Under the pieces are notes generated by a model that was not told the origin of the DNA, ran no database searches, and saw only the letters and a list, made by a program, of their open reading frames with translations. The position numbers and the translations under genes are program-made. Shown one piece after another: positions 10,901 through 19,812 of a stretch of DNA of 64,000 nt (its first letter is position 1; every line of letters begins with the position of its first letter). The stretch spans positions 3,936,001 to 4,000,000 of the forward strand of contig OZ220089.1 of NCBI GenBank assembly GCA_964291625.2, in the 5' to 3' direction. This stretch comes from Candidatus Latescibacterota bacterium (GTDB lineage Bacteria > Latescibacterota > UBA2968 > UBA8231).

Positions 10901-12020
10901 GGGTACTCTGGCTGACGAGAACCGCTGCTTTCCATTGACGTCAGCGGACTTCGCCCGGGTAAACCCCAACTCCGGGACCGCACCCGTCTTCCGCACTCGA
11001 CGGGACGCGGAGATCACCCGCCGGATCTACGAACGCCAGCCGGTGCTGGTGGACCGTTCGGGGGATGTGGAGCGCCGCGCATGGCCGGTTCGGTTCATGC
11101 AGGGACACTTCAACATGACCTCGGACTCCCACCTCTTCCAAGCGGCAGGACAGCTCGAAGCCAAGGGCTATTATCCGGTGGAGGGCAATCGCTGGAGGCG
11201 AGGGGAGGAGCTGTATCTTCCGTTGTACGAAGGCAAGATGGTGCAAGCATACGACCACCGGGCAGCAAGCATAACCACCCGTGAAGGAAACCTGTTCCGA
11301 CCCGGACAGCCGAACAGGACCCTTGAAGAAGAACACCAGGACCCTGCCTTCTCACCTCGTCCCCGCTATTGGGTCAACCAGAAAGACAGTGATGTCCTCC
11401 AAAGTGTACGGTGGTCGTTGGCGTTCAAGGACATCACTGCGTCGACGAATGTCCGCACCATGATCGCAGCTGTCATTCCCAAAGTTGGATGCGGGCATAC
11501 ATTGCCAGTCCTTCATCCATCCGATGGCCACTACGACGCCGTGAGCGCAGCCTGTTTCCTTGCCAATCTCAACAGTTTCGCCTTCGACTACGTGGCTCGT
11601 CAGAAGGTGCAGGCGACTCACCTGACCTGGTACACAGTCGAACAGCTTCCTGTCATCCCACCCGTAGACCACGACCGCCCATTCGGCGCCACCACCGCCC
11701 GCGGCCTCGTCCGTGACCACGTCCTCCGCCTCACGTACACCGCCCACGACATGGCCCCCTTCGCCCGCGACCTCGGCCACGACGGCCCGCCCTTCCCTTG
11801 GGACGAGGAGGAACGCCGACACCTCCGCGCACGCCTCGACGCCCTCTACTTCCACCTCTACGGCCTCACCCGGGAGGACGCGGGGTACGTCCTCGACACC
11901 TTCCCCATCGTCCGCCGGGAGGACGAGGCTACCTTCGACCGCTACCGTACCAAGGAGCTGATCCTGGCCTACATGAACGCCTTGGACGCCGGGGATGCGG
12001 AGGCGAGGGTGGCGGTGTAG
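7956..12020 (+). CDS. Type IIG (Eco57I-like) restriction endonuclease-N6 adenine methyltransferase fusion
   Basis: N-terminal PDHLLF...EESK and LTNGRVWRLY; YNGGLF; GSFYTP; motif I LDPAMGSGHF; motif IV GNPPW; C-terminal target recognition domain. Confidence 0.92.
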   Translation: MTGQLFTHYFLTDGIRATPEWQASAADPQAFAAFRESVLHHYETLARAADPNEAVTEQDLIRPALELLGWADYLPQQRTAGNEDIPDHLLFGDPGSKERASAERNAGARAGHAIALEESKRFGLPLDERDREAGFHARSPHSQILRYLATAEIESESRLRWGVLTNGRVWRLYDYRARPRASGYFEADLADLLAPGREEDLRVFYLLFRRESFTPQEGAAESFLEAALAEGRRYEEQVAQDLSGVVFESVFPALVRALADAAQKGGSGAGLPEVHKAALIFLYRLLFVLYAEDRGLLPVNDSRYDDYGLRKRVRDDVARRMEESDTFSAAASNYYDRLLNLFRIIDQGDPSIGLPPYNGGLFARDAAPLLETVRLADDDMAPVIHDLSHAKDAYGERRFVNYRDMSVQQLGSIYERLLEREPVRGGDGEIEIRPNPYARKDSGSFYTPQELVDLIVERTLKPLAEERLKAFEEKAVALKSDRRPKAQRQAELLKLDPAEAVLDLKVLDPAMGSGHFLVTAVDFLSDYIADLVEYVPAVPEWVDGEYASPLVERVAAIREEILRRAKESDWVLDEAQLTDQAIIRRMVLKRCIYGVDKNPLTVELAKVSLWLHSFTVGAPLSFLDHHLRCGDSLVGMRVSEAVKDLHRLAEMFAQSAIQGAENATEGMQRIEEMSDADVAEVQESAELFSGVEKTTADLRGLLDILCGWRWLTAGMKKKECAAFEGPLEVTLGRHPAEAFKLLARGPEHLGSDPPKYKEWSRLVERWDEARALADREGFLHWEVAFPGVWRRWQESRPQGGFDAVIGNPPWDQIEQPEVEWFAGRDGQIAGAVTGADRKAQIKAKRESGDRLALEYETVRDRATAMRMFVRACGEYPLLSEGRINLYSLFVERAMGLIKKNGFVGLLTPSGIYSDKTASRFFQSVSTAGRVGGLFDFENRRLGTDLPPFFPGVDSRFKFCALVFGGDERRFDQTACAFFLHDTGTLADENRCFPLTSADFARVNPNSGTAPVFRTRRDAEITRRIYERQPVLVDRSGDVERRAWPVRFMQGHFNMTSDSHLFQAAGQLEAKGYYPVEGNRWRRGEELYLPLYEGKMVQAYDHRAASITTREGNLFRPGQPNRTLEEEHQDPAFSPRPRYWVNQKDSDVLQSVRWSLAFKDITASTNVRTMIAAVIPKVGCGHTLPVLHPSDGHYDAVSAACFLANLNSFAFDYVARQKVQATHLTWYTVEQLPVIPPVDHDRPFGATTARGLVRDHVLRLTYTAHDMAPFARDLGHDGPPFPWDEEERRHLRARLDALYFHLYGLTREDAGYVLDTFPIVRREDEATFDRYRTKELILAYMNALDAGDAEARVAV

Positions 12021-12096
12021 ATGGGCAAGGTCCCGATGACAGAACAGGGAAGAGGCAGTTCCCCGACCAGCTTTTTCTGAACCATGTTCGTGATCC
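11637..12096 (+). repeat. Repeat copy 1: RM 3' end plus decayed start of a SIR2-like gene
   Basis: Closely matches 12776-13234, continuing past the RM stop into ...gttccccgaccag...aaccatgt.cgtgat. Confidence 0.9.
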
Positions 12097-12122
12097 ACCG
12101 CTAAGGGATGGATGGAGGCGTT

Positions 12123-12674
12123 ATGAGCACAGAAGAGGACGAGAAGCTGTTCAAGAGAATCATCGTCTCGCAGTGGGATCTACAGCAGGCCGAAAGGTGC
12201 GTGACCATGATGCTAGACATCTTAGCCACCGGCAAAGAGAAGGAGAGCAAGGATTGCCTGAAAGCACTACAGACAGCTTGGACCGTAGCCTACTCGCGCC
12301 CATTCATCAAGAATTACGGGTCGGAGATAATGGACCCGATCCTGCCAGAGCTCTTCCTGGGTGATCTGTCGGAGGAGCAGCGGAAGCTGCACCGCTGGAT
12401 ACTCGACACAAGAAACAAGGACCAAGCCCATTCCGATGGGAGAGTAGCCGATATGACGATCCATGTCACAGAGATCCAAGGCATCAAGACAGCCATTCCC
12501 CATCTAAGAAACAGCCTTGCACCTTGGGGTCGGGAATCATTGGAACAGGCTTTGGAGATCATCCAGGCTGTCATAGCCAAGACTGGCGAGGAGCACTGTC
12601 GCATCCAGGAGACCTTCGATGCCACCCCTCGCCGGCTGCCACTGAACCCTCAACAAGGAAGGGCCAAGCCATGA
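12123..12674 (+). CDS. HEPN-like protein, putative defence RNase
   Basis: ATG after GGAGG; AYSRPF and RNKDQAHSD (R-x4/5-H); lower GC than flanks. Confidence 0.6.
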   Translation: MSTEEDEKLFKRIIVSQWDLQQAERCVTMMLDILATGKEKESKDCLKALQTAWTVAYSRPFIKNYGSEIMDPILPELFLGDLSEEQRKLHRWILDTRNKDQAHSDGRVADMTIHVTEIQGIKTAIPHLRNSLAPWGRESLEQALEIIQAVIAKTGEEHCRIQETFDATPRRLPLNPQQGRAKP

Positions 12675-13157
12675 TCGATGCCGCTCAGACACTCTGTCTG
12701 TCGACACACCATACAATGGCTTCCGACTTCATGGCTCGACTGAAAGTACAGAGGCAGACTCTGAACCTGTTCATTGTCGAACAGCTCCCCGTCATCGCCC
12801 CCGACGGCTACGACCGCCCTTCGGCACCACCACCGCCCGCGACCTCGTCCGGGACCACGTCCTCCGCCTCACGTACACCGCCCACGACATGGCCCCCTTC
12901 GCCCGCGACCTCGGCCACGACGGCCCGCCTTCCCTTGGGACGAGGAGGAACGCCGGCACCTCTGCGCACGTCTCGACGCCCTCTACTTCCACCTATACGG
13001 CCTCACCCGGGAGGACGCGGGGTACGTCCTCGACACCTTCCCCATTGTCCGCCGGGAGGACGAGGCCGCTTTCGGCCGCTATCGCACCCGCGAGTTGGTC
13101 CTGGCCTATATGAATGCCTTGGCAGCGGGAGACGCGGAGACGAGAGTGGCGGTTTAG
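12671..13157 (+). pseudogene. Frameshifted C-terminal fragment of a second type IIG RM allele (repeat copy 2)
   Basis: [24 protein letters not shown]...LVRDHVLRL...[11 protein letters not shown]...AGDAETRVAV* spread over different frames. Confidence 0.85.
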
Positions 13158-13172
13158 ATAGGCAAGGTTGTC

Positions 13173-16100
13173 ATGACGAAACAACCAAACGACGAGTTCC
13201 CCGACCAGATCTACTTCAACCATGTCCGTGATGCTCTCTGGCGTCGTCCGAGTCAAGCATCGGTGATGATCGGCAGCGGGTTCTCCCGCCATGCCAAGAA
13301 GAACCGTCCCGATGCGTCAGAAATCCCATTGTGGCGAGACTTGACGGATGCACTGGCCAAGGACCTTTCGGCCTCGCAAGACGAGCCAATGGCCGAGGCC
13401 GCTGCCTTGGAGCTTGCACAGGAATACGAGCGGGCCTTTGGCCGGGCGCGTCTCCACCAGTTCCTCATCGAGTCGGTGCGCGACGAGGATTTCAGCCCCG
13501 GTGGGTTCCACGAGAGGCTGTTGAGGTTGCCCTGGCGGGATGTGTATACGACCAACTGGGACACCCTGTTGGAGCGGTGTCCGCATGAACGGGCGTACTC
13601 CCTGGTGACTTCGGCCGATCACCTGCCACTTAGCGCGCCTCCCCGCATCGTCAAATTGCACGGGTCCTTGCCAGGGACCTTCCCTCTGATCGTCACCAAG
13701 GACGACTATGAGGACTATCCGAAGAGGTTTGCTCCCTTCGTCAACACCGTGCGGCAGGCGATGATGGAGACAGTCTTGCTGTTGGTGGGTTTCTCGGGTA
13801 AGGACCCGAACTTCCTGCAGTGGCTGAGCTGGGTTAGAGCGAACCTGCGTGAGAATGCGCCAAGGATCTACTTGGCCGGCTGGCAGGATCTGGAGGAGTC
13901 TTCCCGGCGGGAGTTGATCAGGGAAAGCGTCCTCCCGATCAATCTTCGCCAGCACCCCAAAGCTGCGGACTGGCCCGAGCCTCTACGGCACGCGAAGGCA
14001 TTGGAGTGGGTCCTCCTGTCCTTGGAGCATGGCCAGCCCTATCCACCGGAGGACTGGCCGAGTCATGATGGGCCCAAGCGTCCTGGTGTGCCGAAGGACC
14101 TCAAGCCTGTTCACTGGGTTCGGGTCAGGCACCCGAAGGAGGAGCCATGGGAGAAGCCGCAGGGAGAGCCACACGAACCTGCCTATCTGGAGGAAGTCAG
14201 AGCCCTCCTGCCTGTCTGGAGTGACAATCGGAAGTGCTATCCATCCTGGCTGGTTATGCCCTCCGACGCGGCGCATGAGATTCGCGAAAAGACGGACCAC
14301 TGGCAGCCGATATTCCTCCCTGCGTTGCCGCACCTTGCCGACGGTGCCGAGCGTCTTGGTGCTCTTAATGAGCTGGTATGGCGGCGTGAGGTGGTGCTCG
14401 ATCCGCTATTTGGGGAGCTTGAGGAGGCAGTGGCTGGTGCCCTTGAGGAGATCGACTGCGGACGCCGACTGGTTGGCGGCGAGGAACCGCGGGATCTGGA
14501 TTGGGGCCGTGTTCGGCGGCAGTGGCGGACGCTGGCAGCGGCACTCGTAACGGAGGCCCGATTCAACTTCGACTGGGAGAAGTTCAAGCATTGGATCGAG
14601 CAACTGGTACCGTTCATGGAGGAAGACGACGATCTCTTCGATCGAGTACAGCATGAGAGATGTCTGTGGGAGTTGAATCAGCAGGACTTTGAGCAGCTTG
14701 ACTGCCAGGTAAAGAACTGGGAACCGAGAGGCTCGGACCCCGCTTGGCTGTTGAGGAAAGCGGCACTGTTGGCAGAGCTGGGCCGTAACGAGGAAGCAAA
14801 GGGAATCGCGCTCGGCGTACTGGAGACGGTGCGAAGGTGGCCTGACGGTCCGGCGAGTTTGGCCGGGGTCTCAAGGGAGGCATGGGCCCTCAGGCTCGCT
14901 CACGTGACAGACGATGACCATGAGAGCGCTGGCTCCAGAGTGCGCGAGTTGGAGTCCAGGTTCCGGGAGCTGGCGCAGTGTGGATGCGACCCGACAGATG
15001 AGTTGCGGGCTCACGAGCGGGCAGTCGTGGGCAGCCCTCCGATCGAGAAGCGAAGGCCGTTCGACCTCGGCATGGCAACGGGCGAGGGTTTGAGTTTCAG
15101 CAATGTGGCCAACTACCGGGCTCTTGCGGCCCTGCGCGCGATCCGGTTCGTCGAGGTAGTCGGATCGCCGAGTGCCTTCAGCAGTGACCTCCTCGGCCAT
15201 GCGGCAGAGGCTCTCCGGCCCTACCGCCCGGAATGGTCCTCCGCACTTGCAGTGCGCTGCGCAGACGGAGATGCTGACCGGCGGTTCTCGAGTACTCTGT
15301 CGCGCTGGCGGATTGCATTTCTGGCGCCGGAGTTGACCCGGTCTTTGGCGGAGTCCCAGCGCCGTACGATCGAGTTTGCACTCGAGCAAGTGGGGCGCTC
15401 CACAAGTGCGGTCCAAACGTGGTGGCTCTGGAGCCAGCGCCTGGAGGCGGCGATGGAGGCGTTGTCCCGGTTTGTACTACGCTTGAAACCTGAGGAAGTA
15501 GAGGAAGTGCTGCTGTTGGCGCGGCGCCTCTATGGCGATGCCCGGATTCACCCGCGAATCCAGTACTTCCAGGCCCTGGGGCACCTCCTGCGCAGGTCAT
15601 CTGAAGCGCTACCCCGTTCTCACCAGGCGCAACATGCACTGGAGCTTCTCCGCCTGCCCATCGCGGGAGTCGACGGATTTGGCGGCGACAGCGCAGACAA
15701 CTACGAGGATCCCGGCTACATCATCACCAACGCCGGGAGTTCCGCACGGGACTGCCCGGCCCCCGTCCGGTCCGAGGCCAATGAGAGTGCCTGGGTGGAA
15801 GTTGTCCGCCTCGTCGACAGAGGGCTGAGGACCGGGGGGCCGGCGCGAAAGCGGGCGGCGGTCAGGCTGGTCCTTCTGTCGCGATGGAAGAAGTTGACGC
15901 CAGACGAGAGGCAGCGGCTTGCCGGCTCGCTGTGGGGATTCGGTTTGGATGACTATGGTCTGCCGAGGGACGCGGATCTGCACCCGTGGGTGTTTCTGGA
16001 ACTACCCCAGCCGGAGCCGGACCTTGCGGAGAGTCGGCTCCGCGCCGCATGGGTTCGATCCGCGAGCTGGGAGGACGAGAGCGGGGAGTCGCTGGAGAAG

Positions 16101-16988
16101 GTCCTGGCCGACGCGGGGGCAGCTTTGGAGCGTCTCCCTGAGTACGGAAACAAGATCGAGCTCACGAGTGCCGAGAGGGTATCTCTCCAAGGGGCGCTCG
16201 AACGCTGGGCAGAGATGGGACCCCCGAACATCCGCCCATGGGAGCGGCAGGAGGTGGCTGCTTGGCGGCGAAACCTGAGGACCATATCGACCCTGCTGCT
16301 CGAACTTGAGGTGAGCCGCGGCACGGCGACGGTATTGCTCGCCACGGTGGAGAAGCTAGCCACCGGAAGGAGGCCCGCGTACGAGTTGCTGCCCGGCATC
16401 GTGAAGTCCGACACGGCACTGGGGGACTCGGCCGCCGCGCTGCTGAGGGTTGGGCTCGGCGGTTCGACGCCTGAGCAACGTGTACAAGGATTGAGCGCGT
16501 GCGGAGGTCTGTCTCAGTGGCTTCGAGCCTCTGCATTGGAAGATTGCGGTCTACCAGGGCCGCCTGCCGCTTTGGTGTTCGAAGTCGGCGCGATTATCGC
16601 CGCCCACAGGTGGTTGCTCCTCTCCCCTGCTCTTGAGATCGCCGCTTGGGTGTTCGAAGAAGGAACCGTGGAGCACCGCAGGCTGTTGCAGTCGCCCGTA
16701 CTTTCCGGCCTCGAGTTTCTGCGGCGGGCCCTTGTCTTTCGGGAGGTTTCTCCTCATCCCTACGTCGTCGAGCAGCCCCAGGTCAGCGAAGACGAGGTGG
16801 ACGTGCCTTGGCTCCGCTGGCGCTGCGTGCAATTGGCAAAGGCCATGGACTCCGCCGGCTTCGGAGAGGAGGCGGCTGTGACGGGGTGGCTGGAGGACGC
16901 CGAGAACGACCCCTTGCCAGAATTGCGGTTCGCGGTGGAAGACTGGCACGACCGGCGGGTCTCGGAGAGCGGTCCTGACGCAGAGTAA
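13173..16988 (+). CDS. Large SIR2-domain protein (defence-associated sirtuin, DSR-like NADase)
   Basis: N-terminal MIGSGFS, YTTNWD, KLHG, GFSGKDPNF followed by ~1000 aa probably helical region; defence-island context. Confidence 0.85.
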   Translation: MTKQPNDEFPDQIYFNHVRDALWRRPSQASVMIGSGFSRHAKKNRPDASEIPLWRDLTDALAKDLSASQDEPMAEAAALELAQEYERAFGRARLHQFLIESVRDEDFSPGGFHERLLRLPWRDVYTTNWDTLLERCPHERAYSLVTSADHLPLSAPPRIVKLHGSLPGTFPLIVTKDDYEDYPKRFAPFVNTVRQAMMETVLLLVGFSGKDPNFLQWLSWVRANLRENAPRIYLAGWQDLEESSRRELIRESVLPINLRQHPKAADWPEPLRHAKALEWVLLSLEHGQPYPPEDWPSHDGPKRPGVPKDLKPVHWVRVRHPKEEPWEKPQGEPHEPAYLEEVRALLPVWSDNRKCYPSWLVMPSDAAHEIREKTDHWQPIFLPALPHLADGAERLGALNELVWRREVVLDPLFGELEEAVAGALEEIDCGRRLVGGEEPRDLDWGRVRRQWRTLAAALVTEARFNFDWEKFKHWIEQLVPFMEEDDDLFDRVQHERCLWELNQQDFEQLDCQVKNWEPRGSDPAWLLRKAALLAELGRNEEAKGIALGVLETVRRWPDGPASLAGVSREAWALRLAHVTDDDHESAGSRVRELESRFRELAQCGCDPTDELRAHERAVVGSPPIEKRRPFDLGMATGEGLSFSNVANYRALAALRAIRFVEVVGSPSAFSSDLLGHAAEALRPYRPEWSSALAVRCADGDADRRFSSTLSRWRIAFLAPELTRSLAESQRRTIEFALEQVGRSTSAVQTWWLWSQRLEAAMEALSRFVLRLKPEEVEEVLLLARRLYGDARIHPRIQYFQALGHLLRRSSEALPRSHQAQHALELLRLPIAGVDGFGGDSADNYEDPGYIITNAGSSARDCPAPVRSEANESAWVEVVRLVDRGLRTGGPARKRAAVRLVLLSRWKKLTPDERQRLAGSLWGFGLDDYGLPRDADLHPWVFLELPQPEPDLAESRLRAAWVRSASWEDESGESLEKVLADAGAALERLPEYGNKIELTSAERVSLQGALERWAEMGPPNIRPWERQEVAAWRRNLRTISTLLLELEVSRGTATVLLATVEKLATGRRPAYELLPGIVKSDTALGDSAAALLRVGLGGSTPEQRVQGLSACGGLSQWLRASALEDCGLPGPPAALVFEVGAIIAAHRWLLLSPALEIAAWVFEEGTVEHRRLLQSPVLSGLEFLRRALVFREVSPHPYVVEQPQVSEDEVDVPWLRWRCVQLAKAMDSAGFGEEAAVTGWLEDAENDPLPELRFAVEDWHDRRVSESGPDAE

Positions 16989-17087
16989 CGGTACGGCTCG
17001 ACTGACTCCACCTTCTGGAGCAAGCAGTTGCGGTAGGGTAACGCAGGTGTCAGGGTAGTTTGCCACCGGCAACACTCGGTGCGATCA

Positions 17088-17224
17088 GGGAACGTTCTCG
17101 ACACCTTCACCATCGTCCGCCGGGAGGACGAGGCCGCCTTCGGCCGTTACCCCCGGGAGCTGATCTCCGGCCTACAAGAATGCTTTGGCCGGCAGAAGAT
17201 GCGACACGGTGGTGGCGGCGCAGG
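17088..17224 (+). pseudogene. Third, more decayed copy of the RM gene 3' end
   Basis: [23 protein letters not shown] matches [25 protein letters not shown], then indels. Confidence 0.85.
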
Positions 17225-17300
17225 CCAGCCCTTGACAGGGCCCCGGCCTCGCGAGACGTTAGGCCCCGGACCCGGCTACCATGGACAAGGAGAGGGATGA

Positions 17301-17576
17301 ATGCACTTGAAGGCGGTGGCGCAGACGGCCAGGAACTACGTTGCCGATCTCTTTTCCGACGAAGGGATCATCAACGTCGGGTTGGAAGAGATCGAATTCG
17401 ATGAGCCTGGAGAAAGGTGGATTGTAACCGTCGGGTTCTCTCGCCCATGGGATCAGAAGAACCGCCTCACGGCGGCTCTGGAGCTTCCGGAGCGCTCCTA
17501 CAAGGTCCTTCACATCGCGGACAACGACGGCCGTGTGCTGTCTCTCAAGGACCGCTTGCTGAGCCACCGGAACTGA
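17301..17576 (+). CDS. Small conserved hypothetical protein, probable partner of the PIN protein
   Basis: GLEEIEFDE...WIVTVGFSRPW motif; stop 3 bp before the PIN gene. Confidence 0.65.
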   Translation: MHLKAVAQTARNYVADLFSDEGIINVGLEEIEFDEPGERWIVTVGFSRPWDQKNRLTAALELPERSYKVLHIADNDGRVLSLKDRLLSHRN

Positions 17577-17579
17577 TCC

Positions 17580-18041
17580 ATGCCCCCGTCCGGCTACTTT
17601 GTCGACGCCAGTCTTCTCGTACTTCTGGTGGTAGGCAGTCTGGACCGGGATCTCATTGCGAAGCACCGCCGGCTCCGGGCCTATTCGTCGGATGATTACG
17701 AGATTCTGATCAAGCTGCTCGATCCGGTTGAACGGGTTCTTGTCACGCCGAATACGCTCACCGAGACCTCAAACCTCCTTGCTCAGCACCCAGAGCCGGA
17801 GCGGTCGCGATTCTTCGAGAGGCTCCGGTTCATCATCGGGGAAGCCAGGGAGGTGGTGGTTGCCAGTGTCATCGCATCAGACAACAGCGCATTCGACCGG
17901 TTGGGGCTGACCGACGCGGCTCTCCTCGAAGCGATCACGCCGGACACTCCGCTGGTAACCGTGGATCTCGATCTCTACCTGCAGGCCAACGCGAGCGGGC
18001 AGGAAGTCGCCCTCAACTTCACGCATTTCCGGAACCTGTAG
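17580..18041 (+). CDS. PIN-domain protein
   Basis: FVDASLL, TPNTLTE, LGLTDAA, LVTVDLDL acidic tetrad. Confidence 0.8.
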   Translation: MPPSGYFVDASLLVLLVVGSLDRDLIAKHRRLRAYSSDDYEILIKLLDPVERVLVTPNTLTETSNLLAQHPEPERSRFFERLRFIIGEAREVVVASVIASDNSAFDRLGLTDAALLEAITPDTPLVTVDLDLYLQANASGQEVALNFTHFRNL

Positions 18042-18173
18042 GAAGCCGACAGTGTCCCGGGAGACGGCGGCGCCCGGTTGAACAGGACACCTCACCGACA
18101 GAGTGCCCTTGAGGGCGCACCCACGGATAGCGCGCCGCTGGGTGGTGGGCTCGGGGTCGCTTCCTGAAACCGC

Positions 18174-19799
18174 TTGACTAAGTCCAGGATCGCTGCTACT
18201 CGACCAGGATCCATGCACTCCTGGACGCCCCAAAGGAGGCGAGACCAACCACCGATGGATTCGAGCAAGGCATACACGGCGGCGATGAGAATCCTCCGCC
18301 AAGTGATCCTGTCCGCCCTGGCCCTGGCCGGCTGCGGCTCGGAACCCGGCCGCCCCAGCGGCCCCGAGCCCGGTCCCGGCGGCACCCCGGGGGGCATGAC
18401 CGCCCTGGTCTTTGCGGACTCGGCGCTGGCGGCGGCGGTGGAGGAAGCGGCGGCCGAGACCGGTGACGCGGCCGGGCTGGTCTCACTGACGGCCAAGGAG
18501 CGGGGGATCGCCGACCTGGGCGGCATCGAGCAGCTGACGCGCCTGGAGGTCCTGGACCTGTTCGGCAACGAGATCCGCGACCTGTCGCCGCTGGCGGAAC
18601 TGCAGCGGCTGCGTTACCTCGACCTGGGGAGCAACCGGGTCGAGGAGGTGTCGGCCCTGGGGTCGCTGAAGAGACTGCAGGTCCTCCTGCTCGCCGACAA
18701 CGAGGTGACGGACGTGTCAGCCCTCGCCGGCCTCGACAGCCTGCAGAGCCTGGACCTGAGCCGCAACCCGCTGGGTGCGGGGGCCGAGGCCGACATTGCC
18801 GCTCTGCGGGAGCGCGGCGTGACCGTGGAGCTCGGGGCGCCGGAGGGGACGGAAGGGACGGGCGAGACGGGTGAGGGAGGGCCCCCGGTCATCGTGGGAG
18901 ACCTGCCCATCGTCTTCGTCTCCTCCCGGGGAACGGGCCTGCGCCCGGACTTGGAGATCTATTCCCTCGACCCGGAGACCGGCGAGGTCGTGAACCTGGC
19001 CGCGGGCCTGGCCGAGGCGCCCCTCGCCGAACCGGACAGCGTCTCCCTGCAACGCCGGCGCCATGGCCAGGATCCGGCCCAGTCCCCCGATGGAATGTGG
19101 ATCGCCTTCACCTCGGGACGGGACGGCAACCTGGAGATCTACGTCATGGCCGCCGACGGCAGCGCGCCGAGGAACCTCACCCGCCACGAGGCCCGGGACA
19201 GGAAGCCCGCCTGGTCGCCCGACGGGCGGCGGATCGCCTTCGTCTCCAACCGCCAGGGGGAATCGGAGCAGGGCCTGGGCCCGACCAATGACATCTTCGT
19301 CATGAACGCGGACGGCAGCGGCGTGGAGCAGTTGACCTCAAGTCGGCGGCCCGTCTTCGCCGGCGACCCGGCGTGGTCGCCGGACGGTTCGTCTCTCGCT
19401 TTCCAGATGGTTGACGGCGAGGGCGTCTCCGAGATCTACGTACTGGAGCTGTCCACCGGCGCGTTCTGGCCGGTCACGGACCACGGCGGTGTGTTGTGGG
19501 GGCCTTCGTGGTCACCCGACGGCCACTGGATCGCCTGCATCGAGACCATCGACTCCCAGGAGAGTCACGTGTGGAGGATCTCCGCCGACGGCGGCGAGTC
19601 CCGCCGGCTGACCTCCGGCCAGTTCTGGCGGGCCACCCCCACCTGGTCTCCCAACGGCGCCCGCATCGTCTTCGCCCGGGAGGAACGGCCCGGCGGGAGT
19701 TCCTCCGACCTCTACGCCATCCCGGCCGACGGGGGGGCCGGCGAGCAGCTCACCGACGATCCGGCCGTGGACGAGCACCCGTCCTGGGCGCCCTTCTAG
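18174..19799 (+). CDS. Lipoprotein with leucine-rich repeats and TolB/PD40 beta-propeller (paralog 1; start may be 18255 or 18285)
   Basis: Lipobox LALAGC; LEVLDLFGNEIRDLSPL LRRs; repeated PAWSPDG. Confidence 0.85.
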   Translation: MTKSRIAATRPGSMHSWTPQRRRDQPPMDSSKAYTAAMRILRQVILSALALAGCGSEPGRPSGPEPGPGGTPGGMTALVFADSALAAAVEEAAAETGDAAGLVSLTAKERGIADLGGIEQLTRLEVLDLFGNEIRDLSPLAELQRLRYLDLGSNRVEEVSALGSLKRLQVLLLADNEVTDVSALAGLDSLQSLDLSRNPLGAGAEADIAALRERGVTVELGAPEGTEGTGETGEGGPPVIVGDLPIVFVSSRGTGLRPDLEIYSLDPETGEVVNLAAGLAEAPLAEPDSVSLQRRRHGQDPAQSPDGMWIAFTSGRDGNLEIYVMAADGSAPRNLTRHEARDRKPAWSPDGRRIAFVSNRQGESEQGLGPTNDIFVMNADGSGVEQLTSSRRPVFAGDPAWSPDGSSLAFQMVDGEGVSEIYVLELSTGAFWPVTDHGGVLWGPSWSPDGHWIACIETIDSQESHVWRISADGGESRRLTSGQFWRATPTWSPNGARIVFAREERPGGSSSDLYAIPADGGAGEQLTDDPAVDEHPSWAPF

Positions 19800-19812
19800 G
19801 CGGCGGGCAATA

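Noticed and set aside
7956-12020. BREX PglX or DISARM methylase
   Set aside because: No pglZ, brxC or drm helicase genes nearby; the protein carries its own N-terminal endonuclease motif
11637-17224. Shufflon/invertible TRD locus or diversity-generating retroelement
   Set aside because: Repeats are direct, copies are frameshifted, differences are not adenine-specific, and no invertase or reverse transcriptase is in the window
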